Below, piece by piece: positions 1 through 11,084 of a stretch of DNA of 39,984 nucleotides. Every line of letters begins with the position of its first letter. Within the stretch, counting starts at the first letter, position 1. The stretch spans positions 1 through 39,984 of the forward strand of contig JABANN010000317.1 in the NCBI GenBank assembly GCA_013115125.1. Direction: 5' to 3'. Origin of the DNA: Perkinsus olseni (Eukaryota). The translations under genes were made by a program, and so were the position numbers. The notes under the pieces were generated by a model. It ran no database searches and had not been told where the DNA came from. It worked only from the letters and a program-made list of their open reading frames with translations.

Positions 1-47
1 TTTTATTCTTTTCTGTTTTTGTATACTTATTTGGCCGTCTAGGTTTT

Positions 48-360
48 GCGGGGAGGAGATGTTGTGGGACGAATTGGTCGACATGCGCCACAATATTCCG
101 TCACGCGCCATAAAACCTTCGGCCTGGAATAAGTAGACAATTTCTGTGACCATTGTGATATGGATACGGTAGCTCAATTTCGCTAAGCTGTGCTGAAGCT
201 ATAGAGTGCTTCATACGTGCTGCATTCGTATAAGTATACGTAGACTATTCGTACGTAATCGACGCTTCTTGTATTCGTACAAGTGCGTATCAAGGTGCAA
301 GGTATTGGTTGCGTTATCTTATCCCTAGTTGGACGGTTATTGTTACACGTAGTCTATACA
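48..360 (+). mobile_element. Putative polypurine tract plus 3' LTR of a plus-strand LTR retrotransposon whose body lies left of the window
   Basis: A T-rich tract (1-47) is followed by the purine run GCGGGGAGGAGA (48-59) and directly by TGTTGTGG (60-). The following DNA is non-coding and could end at ...TATACA (~360). No second LTR copy is in the window, so the right boundary is uncertain. Confidence 0.45.
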
Positions 361-387
361 ACCCCGTATACCTTGACACGATAGTAA

Positions 388-614
388 TTCCGTGCAGAGA
401 GGAAGTAGACACCAGATACCAACGCAACACAACCGTCGTAGGTTGTGATGAGATAATCGTAGTGTATATACAATTGTGAGTTATTACGGCAAGAGAGATG
501 AAAGTGAAACGCCGGGCGAGCTGGGAATCTATGCCCGAAGATACTCAGCGAGGCATCTTGCTCACTCGTCAACTCTCAAGTTGGGCCGTGATGTCGTCGA
601 GTTGGTTCACGGAA
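388..614 (-). repeat. Putative 3' LTR (227 bp) of the minus-strand retrotransposon
   Basis: On the minus strand, ~95 nt after the pol stop, the purine-rich GCGGCGGGAGAG (626-615) is followed by TTCCGTG (614-608). The segment ends in the exact inverted heptamer CACGGAA (394-388). Confidence 0.45.
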
Positions 615-1133
615 CTCTCCCGCCGCGAAGATGAATGCAGAAGATATACAGTAGAGAGATTGTTAATATCGATCGGCTCTTCTTCATAGATAGATGCCGG
701 TACCAGATAGATCCGTCATCTTAGAGGGGCAAGTAATCAGGAATGATCACTTCCGCCTCGTCCACTGGCAAGTCGGCACTCCTAGTGCTGGGAGGAGTGT
801 CGAGGACGCCCGTAGTCGGAACATAATCAGGCTTGGTGAACACGGGGGGCCACGGGATTTGTTGATCAACAGCCGGTCCCTGAGATGCCGGTAGCGATGG
901 CGGCCAGCGTGGAACAGTTGGTGACCGAGAGGTCGCTTTACAAGTCGCAGTAAGCCCCGCGGGTACTGGCTGAGTCGCATCCTTGGAGGTCACAGTGGGC
1001 CTCGAGGTCGATGATGTCTGAGGGGGCGCCCTTGGGCCTGCTGGTCCTACGGAAACCGACAGAGGTGGAGGCCAGCGTGGAGGAGTAGGTGGCCGAGGAA
1101 CCGCATCAATAGTCGAAGTAGTCCTCACGGGTA

Positions 1134-1352
1134 ATGGCTGAGTGATCACCTTAGGAGTCACAGTAGGCCTCGCGGTTGATGGCTGAATGACCGCCTTAGG
1201 AATCACAGTGGGCCTCGCGGTTGATGGCTGAATGACCGCCTTGGGAGTCACAGTGGGCCTCGCGGTTGATGGCTGAATGACCGCCTTGGGAGTCACAGTG
1301 GGCCTCGCGGTTGATGGCTGAATGATCGCCTTGGGAGTCACAGTGGGCCTCG
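1134..1352 (-). repeat. About 5 copies of a 45-bp coding tandem repeat (RPTVTPKAVIQPSTA)
   Basis: The unit GGCCTCGCGGTTGATGGCTGAATGACCGCCTTGGGAGTCACAGTG is repeated nearly perfectly in the integrase C-terminal extension. Confidence 0.95.
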
Positions 1353-2448
1353 AAAGAGACTGAGATACCGCCTTAGGCACCGCAGGAGGCGTCACGGGTG
1401 ATGACGCGGTGGACGCCTTAGGAGCCACAGGAGGTCCTGAAGACGACCGGGAGACCGCTTTAGAAGCCGCAGTAGAACTCGGAAGCGATGGTCGGGAGGC
1501 CGCTTGAGTAGATCCGGGTGTCGGGGATGATGTGGCATTTACGGCGCTGCTATTTGAGACCAAGGGCGGCCATGTCGGGAGAACCTGCGGAGGTGGCGGC
1601 AGCACAGTGATGGGGGGGAGACTATCCAGACTCCATGGACAGGGCGGTGATATAGGCTCTGCGTCGACGAACTCATTGTCGGGCACTTTCACCAGATTTC
1701 CCACCCACGCGCGGAACTTGGAGCCGTTGGAACCCGACAGAACAGCCGTTCCCTTGCTCGCCTCGAATGCATCTACCTGGAATGGGCCTTGGACTCTAGA
1801 GGCGAGTTTTGAGGAGGCCGAAGCATTCGTGAGGTGGTAGACCTTGTCTGCAACTTGCAGGTTGCACTCCCGGCCTTGACCAGCTAGAACTCTTGCCCTG
1901 GAGGTTTCTCGATAGCTCGACCAATGCCGGAGGTAGTCGAGTAACTTCAAACGGTAGGATGCTCTTGCCTCATCTCGGACCTTCTTTGCTTCTCCAGGAG
2001 TGGTAAAGGCCGTCATCTTGTTGAGGATGTCGTCGGCCGAAGGGTTCGAGCTGTAATACTCAGACTCCGAGAAGTACGGGAATACCAACATCCTCGGCGA
2101 CAACCAGGTAACTGAACTGTACGGGCTGCCGTTGAGCACATCCACGCACTCCAGAACCAGTGTGTGCCATGGTTTGGACGAACTAGAGCCCTCGCCGTAG
2201 TCGCCGGAATCGTTGATGCAAGAGCGTAGGCAACGAGTCACCTCTCGGTGCCCCCTCTCCCACAAGCAAAGGAGAGGGCTGTACGGAGGAGCAAAGCAAT
2301 GAACAACCCGCCTAGCCTTGCACCACTTTTGAGCGAACGAGGCGCAGAACTTCCCGTCATTATCAGAGAGGACAATAGACGGGGTGATAGAGCTTGAAAA
2401 GGTAGCGTCTAGGCAGTCACAGATAGCCGAGGAGGTAACCGGACCTTT

Positions 2449-3420
2449 CAGGGTTTGCCCAAACTGGGAAAAACTCTGAGTATTTGCGGGAAAGGGAATT
2501 TCCCGGATATTTCCCTTCCCCAATTCCCGGAAAAACTCCGGCGAGTCTGAAGCAGTGCCGAACGGGCCCCAGCTCCGGTGGGGACTTCCGAGCCGGAACT
2601 TTTGACTTCTATACAAGCTCGGCAATCCCGTCAGCTACCCCGCTTAGCCACCGAGTCGGCCGGACGGCGAAGTTATCGAGAGTTTGTCTGTACGTCACTA
2701 TCGCCAGGAACCACTATATGCCCTGCTAGAGGTGTCGGAAGCGGATATGTACCCTACTGGGCCCCAGTAACTGGGGTAACCCCAGTACCAGGGATCGGAG
2801 TCAACAAACAACCGCGTTCCAGCAATACCTCGGCAGTGCCGACGGCACTGTGCCGTTCGGTACTTCGGCCAGCCTCCAATTTTGACGGGCTGCGAACTCA
2901 GCCAGAATTTTCCTATAGCTCAATAGAGGCTTTCATTATGCATGGCTCGTTAGAGGTGTCAGAATCTGATATGTACCCCAGCTCAAGGGCTCGAAGTCAA
3001 CGAACAACGACGTTCCGGCAACCATTCGAGGAGGACAACGCCATTCAGTACCTCGGTTAGCCACCGTGTCGGGTGGAATGTGAACTCATCGAAAGATTGC
3101 TCATACCTCATCATCATCAGGAAGCAGTGTTCCCGAAGCACTGTACAGCCCGCCAGAGGTGCCAGAAGCGGATGCGTACCGCACTCATTCACGCGCGGTT
3201 GCAACGTATGAGTTCAAACCTAGCACAGCTGTCATATCGCCGCCGGTATCGCCTCACTCTCCATCCATTCTTCCGCCGTGCGTATCTATTGCATAAACAA
3301 ACTGCTTAGCAAGGTCAAACACATCATTTCCCAGGGAAAAACCGGGATTTTTCCCAAGGGAAATATTTCCCGGAAATTCCCTGGGGAAAAATTTCCCATT
3401 TTCCCAGTGGGCAAACCCTG
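2449..3420. mobile_element. Non-autonomous hAT-type DNA transposon (972 bp)
   Basis: TIRs CAGGGTTTGCCCA(AA)CTGGGAAAA and TTTTCCCAGTGGGCAAACCCTG. 8-bp TSD GGACCTTT at 2441-2448 and 3421-3428. Subterminal GGGAAA/TTTCCC repeats. Removing the element rejoins the integrase in frame (ACLIKGP|VTSSAIC). Confidence 0.93.
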
Positions 3421-5426
3421 GGACCTTTGATGAGACAAGCCTGGATGAACCCGGTAGCAGCGCAGGTTATGAGAAGAATGGCCGTCACATCGCTCCTCGG
3501 GCAACTGCTGCGGTGTGGCTGATCATGTGACTTCAACCCTGGGAGGTAAAGGTCGATGCCCACCACCATGAGAGGCCGTAAGCTCTCTACGTGGCGAGCC
3601 CCGGCCGAGGACCTGAACCTCCTCGTAGCATTGCTACGCAAGCAGGGAAGGCACGTCGACAAGGCACCCCTCACGGACGCCTCCATTCTCTTCCAAAAGT
3701 ACTCCAGAGAGAGCCTCGCCGTTAGTTTCTTCGTCCCCAGATGGTTCCATCTGATGTGCTTGGTGACAACGAGCCTGTAGGCTAAGTTGCGCCCAGCTCC
3801 CGTAGCGACGACCACCCGCTGCCGTACTATGCTACCAGATGGAGACTGCAGGGTAACCCGGTAGAGGCGGTTTCTCTCATCGACTTGGTAGCAGGCAGAA
3901 ACTCGTCGAATCCGCTCAGCAGAGAACGGGGGAGTCACCGAACCGTCTCGGAGGTATGCCGCGATGGCGCCGTAGAACGAGTCTTGAACCACCAAGCGCT
4001 GCAAGTCAGTGTCGAGTCCAGCCTCTTCTTCGGGGGTGAAAATGGGCAGGTTGTCGTCTTGTTGAAGAGGAGTAGGCATCGCACCGGGTCGTATGTCATC
4101 CCGAATGCTGCCTATGAAAGCCGTGGGCGCCTCATCGCTGTCGTCCGCTTCGTCCGAATTGTCGGTCGGGAAATCTTCCGAGAGGTCATCCGGACCGTCG
4201 GGAGGAACATACCGCGATCTTTGGAACGGCTCGTCCAGAAGTAACCCAAGAAGACCGAGCTGGCGCTTGGTGGGGGGGCGAAGGTTGGCAGCGAGAGGCG
4301 TTGTCGGCGAGATTCAGAGCTGAGGGCACATGCAAGACCGTGATGGGGATACAACATCGCCATAGATAATCTCGGATGCGAATCAGCCTATCAAGGTCTC
4401 TCTCGGAGAACTGGTGCTTGCCCTTCTTGCCGATGTATCGAGAGGCCACTTCTTTGCTCTTCCCGGATAGCCATGACAGCCGCTGTATATTGATGAGAGA
4501 GTCACTAAGGATGTAAACCTCAGTGCGGTGTTCCTTGCCGAGCTTCAAGGTTGAACATAGGTAGTAGGCCTCAGCTGCCCCTTGTAGCAGGCCGTGCAAC
4601 TCCTTTCGGGGAATGGTAGCCTCCAGAGATGCAGCTTGCTCAAGGGCTCGGCGGCTGGATGGAAACATCCCCCCCCGAGCCTTGAGCCTCGGACGTGACA
4701 TCGACTGTCTGAGCATCTCGAACGATTTTAAGGTTGCTGGCCACTCCGAGGGCGCTCCCGACTCAGTGAAGGACTTCTGGGCTACTCCGCTAACCGCGTG
4801 CGATGGGAGGGTCCGTGCGAGAACTCAGATTCGCAGCCGAGAACGTGCTCGACGGACTTGCGTAATCTTTTTGTAGGTCGGCTATTCCAGTCCATGCTCG
4901 CTCTTCCGGGTATTCTCTGCTATATCCTTTTTTTCCGAATCGGAAGTTCCGATGTAGCACATGCGCGGCGGTCAGACCTCAATCTTCTGTACGTCTGCCA
5001 CGCCACGGCTGACGATTTTCAATCGTTGCCATCGGATTGTCTTCGCGGACATTCTTGGCCCTTAGACAGCGAATACGACCCTCATTGTCCCTTCTCGGCT
5101 GATGCAATAGAGATTACCATCTATGCTGCCGTACGAGTCGCTAGGCCAGGCTCCTTCAGCCATACCTGAGCTGGGAGTGCCGAAACGGTCAATGTCACTA
5201 AGCGAGAGCATTCAAGACACCTTCTGCATCCAACAGATAAGGCCGAGTTCCAAAATCAACATGAACGCTGTTGCGGAAATGCATGATACACACATACCAC
5301 TTCATCCGTGGACATCAGTGACCCCATGTTATCATTGCCCCATCTTCATAACATGCGGGGGCATTCAGAAGAAGAAACTATCGTAGCTCGTCGGTATGGT
5401 AGCAAAAGTGGTAGGAAGCCCACCCA

Positions 5427-7380
5427 CTATCTTGTGGTGGAGGCTGTGTCCACTAGTGGCGTCCGATGCCTTGTATCCCATTCGGCGTATTCAGCCTCCA
5501 GTGCAGCTTTCTCTTCATTAAGCCTCCGACGTACATGCTGGGTCTTGACCGACATGTCCATTTGCAACAGCTCGCTTCTGCTGTCGACCTGCGACTCGAC
5601 GCGTTTCTCTCATTGATGGCTCCAACTCCTGATGCAAGGGTCGGACCTACCTGGCTCCACACTATCTTTATCCAGTCCGGCGCGAATTTGACCATCTGGC
5701 GGAGATAGTCTTCCACGACTCGCCGTCCGAGCGGCCTGAAGCGTATTCCAGCACCAGCGCGCGTCATGAGGTGCCTGCACGAGTAGTGAGGGCGGAGGCC
5801 ACGACGGTGATCCTTTGGCACCCACTCAACGACTTTCAAGAATCGCATTGAGGCATGTTCCCTCATGAAGAACAGCCGCCGGAGCTCAGACACCATCGGG
5901 AACAGAACATCACAGACGCCGAGCTTCCTGAGTGGGATGGAACAACGCCGACGGCCATCATCCGATACTTTTTCCATTTTAAAGCTTCGTTATCGATCCT
6001 AGCTTGCTCGCGGTTTTCAGGTTCTCTCCTCCGGACCTGGTGATCCCACCAGGACAGGTCAACTCAGCCAGGGGACTCACCCTATTCCTCAACTCTTCCC
6101 GACGTTCGGATGGAGTTTGACTATCTGACCGACTCCGTACGTTACCCTGACATGGTGACTCTATCAAGCACACCGTCAGAACATAACACATCTGCTCACA
6201 TCTGGGGTCGGGGACCTGGACGGCGGCGGAGTAATGCGCGTAACGAAAGGAGATGAGGTCAGCTCAAGCTCATTCGGCCGCCTCTTCTTGACTCCTGTCG
6301 CGGCACGAGGGAGAGACGCGAGAATAGCCCGTCCAACTACCAGAAAGCCGTGCATTGGTGGGTGTCTGCGGAGTCGCACGTGGGGTTGGAGCTCTGCAGC
6401 CTCGAAGGGCAGGCGTTGACTTTATCGGAGTGCTAGTCTCCAAGGGGCCGGGGGGTAATGGAGCCTGCGCGGTATAGTTTTGGCTAGGTTTGTGGGCTCC
6501 CTAAGTACCTGGGGAACTGGCTCTGCTTCATCCGCAACAAATTTCTTCGGGTCCTCACAGGATTGTTCCTAAGAAGCACGGCACGACTAAGGGACCATAA
6601 TCGCCTCCGCAAGAGAGTCTCGACCTGACAGCGCGGTAAGTACACACTTGCTTCGCTAAGCGGTCCTTGAGATTCCGGTAGACAATCCCTGCTCTCTTAA
6701 GCGCATCTTCCGCGTCTAGCTGTCTTGTTATGTTGGTGCCTAACACCACGCCGCTTCCACTGACCTTTGCAGCTAACCACTTCCACCAGATGGATCTTTC
6801 TGCACCACGACCAGCCATCTGAGAGGATTGCTTCCGCCAGTTGTTATATCACACTCTTTCTCTCGCCACTCGAGGCCTAGGATTCCACCAGCCGCGAAGA
6901 CAACTTGGAGAAGTCTACCCTGAAGCACTGGTGTCGAAAAATACGCTCCTGACGTAACATTGGTTCTACTTTCTCAAACCGCTTTCCGCTTTGCCGTGCT
7001 ACGCTCGCCTTCAGCTGTGAGTAGTAGGGCACTTGACCTTGTGTTAGAACAGCATCGAGTCTGTCAGGAGGAAAGGCAATCGTACGGTTGTAGCAATTGT
7101 AATCGACGACGGTCGAATTACATTCTGAACTGGTCCAATACAGTTTTGTAGTGGCTAGGCAGTGACTCTTCTACGACAGTATTAGCCTGGAAACCACTTC
7201 AGAGATTCGAAGGCACTCAGAATCTCCACCTCTAATTCATCAGGTAACAGCGGCCCAGTCGCCACCCCGCGAGGGGTGACTGACTGGGTTGATAGTCCAG
7301 AAGCCGGAAGAGGAGCGCATTTCGTACTATACACGACCAACACGGAAAAGCTGCATAAGGGCATCGGGAGAAGACATGAC
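5427..7380 (-). CDS. CDT1: Cdt1-like DNA replication licensing factor, copy A (multi-exon, short N-terminus, start uncertain)
   Basis: Spliced exons read SLPSHYKTVLDQFR / LDAVLTQGQVPYYSQLKASVARQSGKRFEK / GRLLQVVFAAGGILGLEW, matching the Cdt1 middle winged-helix pattern. SELRRLFFMREHASMRFLKVVE...VVEDYLRQMVKFAPDWIKI matches the Cdt1 C-terminal winged helix. The last exon VDSRSELLQMDMSVKT... ends in TAG at 5429-5427. Confidence 0.7.
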
Positions 7381-7512
7381 ACTCAACACGCAAGTTGCTT
7401 TGGAAATTACCCTGTCCCCCATAACATGCAGCAACATTGGCAGAAGACATCTTGCTTCATTCATAACAGCCGTAGCCTCTTGGTTCAATAGCAAAACTTG
7501 ACAGCCCGCCGA

Positions 7513-10271
7513 CTATCCCCCCGTTGACGGTATGAGCCCTGGCGATGTCGGGAGCTTCGACTGCCACTCAGTATACTGACTGCTCAATGCGTCCCTCTTC
7601 TCCTTAACCTTCCCGAGGACAGCCTTCGTCTTGACCGACATATCCATTTCTAACACCTCAGTTTTGCTATCAATCTGCAGGTAATTGGTTCCCTCCAAGA
7701 GAGGGCGATGTTGCATCACCTTGCTCTGCGCGATCTTGATCCATTCCGGCGCTAGCTCCGCCGTCTGCCGAAGATAATCCTCCATGACCCTAGCCCCAAG
7801 CGGCTTGTAACGCGTTCCACCGCCATTGGCCGACATGAAGTGCCTGGAGGTACAGTGATGGCAGCACGGCGCTGCGGGAGCACTTACTTCACGACGTCTT
7901 GGAAACGCATCGAGGGATGACCTCGCATGAAGAACAGACGGCTCAGCTCGGATACGATTGATGAAAGCAGCTCCAGAAAGTTGAGTTTCCTAAGACGTGA
8001 GTCACTACATCGCCAAGCATCATCCACTACTCCCGCCATTTCAAGTCTTCTTCGTAAATCCTCGCGCTCTCCTTCTCCTTCGCCTCCTTAGCCCGGACCT
8101 GCCGAGCTTTGCACGACAATTCACCCATTTCCACTCACTCTCTCCCTCATCTCCTGCCGCCGCTCAGCTGGTGTCTTACTAGCAGACCTGCTGCGGATGT
8201 TATCTCGCACTGACGGTGTGCGCTGAAATCGTAGTGGCACGACCAAGCGAGGACTTCGAAACTCACAGCCGGCGTCATTGGCTCCGACAGCTGCGGTAGA
8301 ATGACAGGGACGAATGGAGACGCACTCAACTCTAGCTTCTCCCGCCGCCGCGCTCGAACTCCTGAGCTCGGACCGATGCCGTTCAAGTAAAGAGAACGAC
8401 ACCCGGAACTCCACTACCAGAGAGAAGCGAGCTACAGGGCGTCTGAGGCGTAGCATCAGGGCTGGGCGTCCCTCGGCCGCGGAGAACGGGAGTCGAATTA
8501 ATTGGTGCTTCAGTCTCGAAAGGGTTGGGGGCCAATGGAGCCTGGACGGATAGCCTGTGCTTGTTTCAACGAACCTTGTAACTCGCCTGAGGCACTGGGT
8601 CCGCCTCATCAGAGACGAATTTCTTCGGGTCACTACAGCGCCGCTCCTGAGGAAAACACGTCGTCGACGGCTCTAATCCCGCTGAACACTCACCTGCTCT
8701 GCAATAAGGTCTTCGAGCTTGCGCTGAACGAGTTCCGCTCTGCTCAGCGCCTCCTTCGCGTCGAGCCGCTTGGCTAGCACAGTGCCTAACGAAACTTTCG
8801 CTCCGCTGCCTTCTCTAGGGCGCCAACCCCACCAGAAGAGTCCTTCTGTATCACGACTAACCGTCTGAGAGAGCTTGTCCCCATAGAGTCTATGTCGCAT
8901 TCTTTCTCGCGCCACTCGAGGTCAAAGAGGCCATCGGCCGCGAAAACGACTTGCAGCAATCGCCCCTGAACACACATCTCTAGATATCATCCGCAACTCC
9001 CAACTTACCTTCGCAAACCGTTTGCCGCTGGCCCGTTCAACACCAGCCTTGAGCTGCAAGTAGTACGGCACTTGGCTACGCGTGCGGAACAATGAGAGAA
9101 CCTCATCAAGCCTGACCACAGAAAAGTCTGCACCCTTTCGATGCATTGTCAATCTTGAAACTACATTCGGAACTGATCCAGCACCGTCTTATAGTGGCTA
9201 GGCAGGGACCGTTTAACGGCGCTAACCTGAAGAGCCCGTCGCAACCGGAACTCAATACCTTCCCCTTACCGGTGGCGAGGCCTTCTTCAGTTCCTCAGGT
9301 ATTGGCAACTTGGTCCCGGCCCCAATAGTAGCCACATTCGGGGCTGGCAGCTTAGAGCCCTTCGTGTCTGCGATCCGCATACAACGCGACCCGTCACCGC
9401 GGCGGACCCATACGTTACCATCATCCTGCTTCTCTGTGAACTCCTTGAACAGATTCTTCACTGGACCGCGCTCGCTGTGACTCTCTCTTGGCAACGAGTC
9501 GCGCCTGGATACTGTAACATACCACACCTCGGCCGTATCTCCATGAGAAGGGAGGGTAGGGCGTACCCTTTGCCTCCAGTAGAAGGGAGCTCAAGCTGGT
9601 CAACCACTTCTCCCATGCTGATGCGGGTACCACAACCTAAGCGTCATGCCGCGAGTAGATAGGAGCAAAGATCCGGCTACGTACTGCTGCGATTGGTGGC
9701 CAAGGAGCCGCGACCTCTCGTCGAAGGTCGACCCCGAGGTAGAGACTCTCGACGTGAACCGACATGAAGGCCCTGAGATATAAATAGTGAAAACTCCGGG
9801 CGAATAATTTCATCCATGCGCTACGCTCGTATGCTCGACCAACGCGGCTGCAAAGTGAGCCCTCGGATCTCACATGAAAATCGATCTTCTGAGACTCTCC
9901 TGGACGCTTCGGTGTACCCGAATTGTGGCGCTTCGCCGACGGCCGGGAGTTCTTGGGTGTAGATGGCGGCATGCCAGAGCTGCCTGCAACACCGAGTCTC
10001 TGTTACCGGCAGCCCCCTTCTCACTCACTCTCACTGGGACTTCCGAAGAGGTTCTTCCTAGGCGTAGCGCAGGAAGGGTCTGAATCAGGAGAGGTCGATT
10101 CTCGCTTCCGCTTCTGACTAGTAGACCGACCTAGTGAGGTAGAAGATATGAATGAAGGCCACAGAGAGACTTACCCCGAGTGACGGAGGGACTTGCAGCG
10201 TCCTGTTCACTGCGCTTCAACCGGCGTGAAGACCTCGAGCCGCGACTACCCTTTCTCGGTGTGGGGGACAT
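7513..10271 (-). CDS. CDT1: Cdt1-like DNA replication licensing factor, copy B (multi-exon, long S/T-P-rich basic N-terminus)
   Basis: ATG at 10271 (MSPTPRKGSR...). N-terminus has CDK-site-like TPRK/TPKR/SP motifs. Exons SLPSHYKTVLDQFR / LDEVLSLFRTRSQVPYYLQLKAGVERASGKRFAK / GRLLQVVFAADGLFDLEW, then SELSRLFFMRGHPSMRFQDVV...VMEDYLRQTAELAPEWIKI. Intron positions in the conserved domains match copy A. Confidence 0.78.
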
Positions 10272-11084
10272 AGTAAACGAACCAAGAAGCAACGATAAGG
10301 AAACAGAATGGAATCACCAAGCAGCACCCCTGAATGCCTGCAGAAAATCGGTTGAGGCCGCTCACTGAGGAAGGTGAATTGACGAACAGCATCACAAAGA
10401 AGGCTCAGCTGAGACTGTCGAGTCCACATCTAACGGGAGCTAGTTAACACTGATACGCAGTGTCGAATACAAGTAGCGTTCACGGGCAGCAAAAGAATCG
10501 TTCATACACAATGATTTAGGCGGCTAGACTACTGTAGCCGAGAGAGAGGCAGATTGAGTGATCATCCAAGTGGAGGCTTCAACTAAGTCGGACTAGAGAA
10601 GCTCCTCTCGGGTGGCAAGGAAGAAGGAAGTGGAGACGATGATAATGAAGGAGTGGAAGACAGCGAGACAGAACGATGAGGCTGGCCCATGCGCGTAGAA
10701 GAGACGAGGAAAATTGACGCTAACGCGCGACTCTCAGGAAACATTATAGAGTCGGCGAGAATGGAAAAGTAAAAATAGCTCGATGATAAGTAAAAAAAGT
10801 AGTTGTCGCAGCAGCAGTGGCGAAAGAACCTAAGTGCGAGCAGCTCTTCGTCCGACATCCGAACCGTTTTCTGAATACCGCGCGCGCCCCAGGTTGTTGT
10901 TGTTGTTGAACTTACTTCGCCGTGGAAAGAGGCCGAATCCATGGAACACCCCTATCATCGAGTAAGGTCATATTGGATAATGGAAAATGTGATCTGATCA
11001 GATCACAGGCACACTCAGGCAAGTTACCTCAAATAAGCATAATCTCTACTCGCCTCAGTCAGCGAGGAGTATCACGGAAATTGC

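Larger units (their letters stand above)
721..4824 (-). mobile_element. 5'-truncated, disrupted LTR-retrotransposon pol (RNase H, integrase Zn finger, DDE core, Pro/Thr-rich tail), BEL/Pao-like
   Basis: RNase H-like motifs TIPRKEL, ILSDS and HVPSALNLADNASR (4186-4716). Integrase HHCC (KHIRWNH...CLPC), VVGIDLY, LITCAATG, VLSDND.KF and APPYSP...WERGHR. Frameshift at a G7 run (4272-4278), hAT insertion at 2449-3420, in-frame TGA at 4825-4827. No RT, protease or gag was recognised upstream. Confidence 0.85.

Noticed and set aside
1134..1352. Regular repeats that might suggest a CRISPR array
   Set aside because: The units are head-to-tail with no unique spacers, and they are in-frame coding repeats in a eukaryotic retroelement.
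2578..3309. ORFs inside the 972-bp element as a transposase
   Set aside because: They are too short, and no BED finger, DDE or hAT dimerisation motif is recognisable.
4272..4278. Frame change between RNase H and integrase as a programmed frameshift
   Set aside because: It falls in a G7 homopolymer in an already disrupted element. A simple indel or sequencing error is more likely.
7469..7489. GCCGTAGCCTCTTGGTTCAAT resembles the Perkinsus/dinoflagellate spliced leader
   Set aside because: It has several differences and is antisense in the 3' flank of Cdt1 copy B. There is no downstream plus-strand gene or GT donor. Probably chance.
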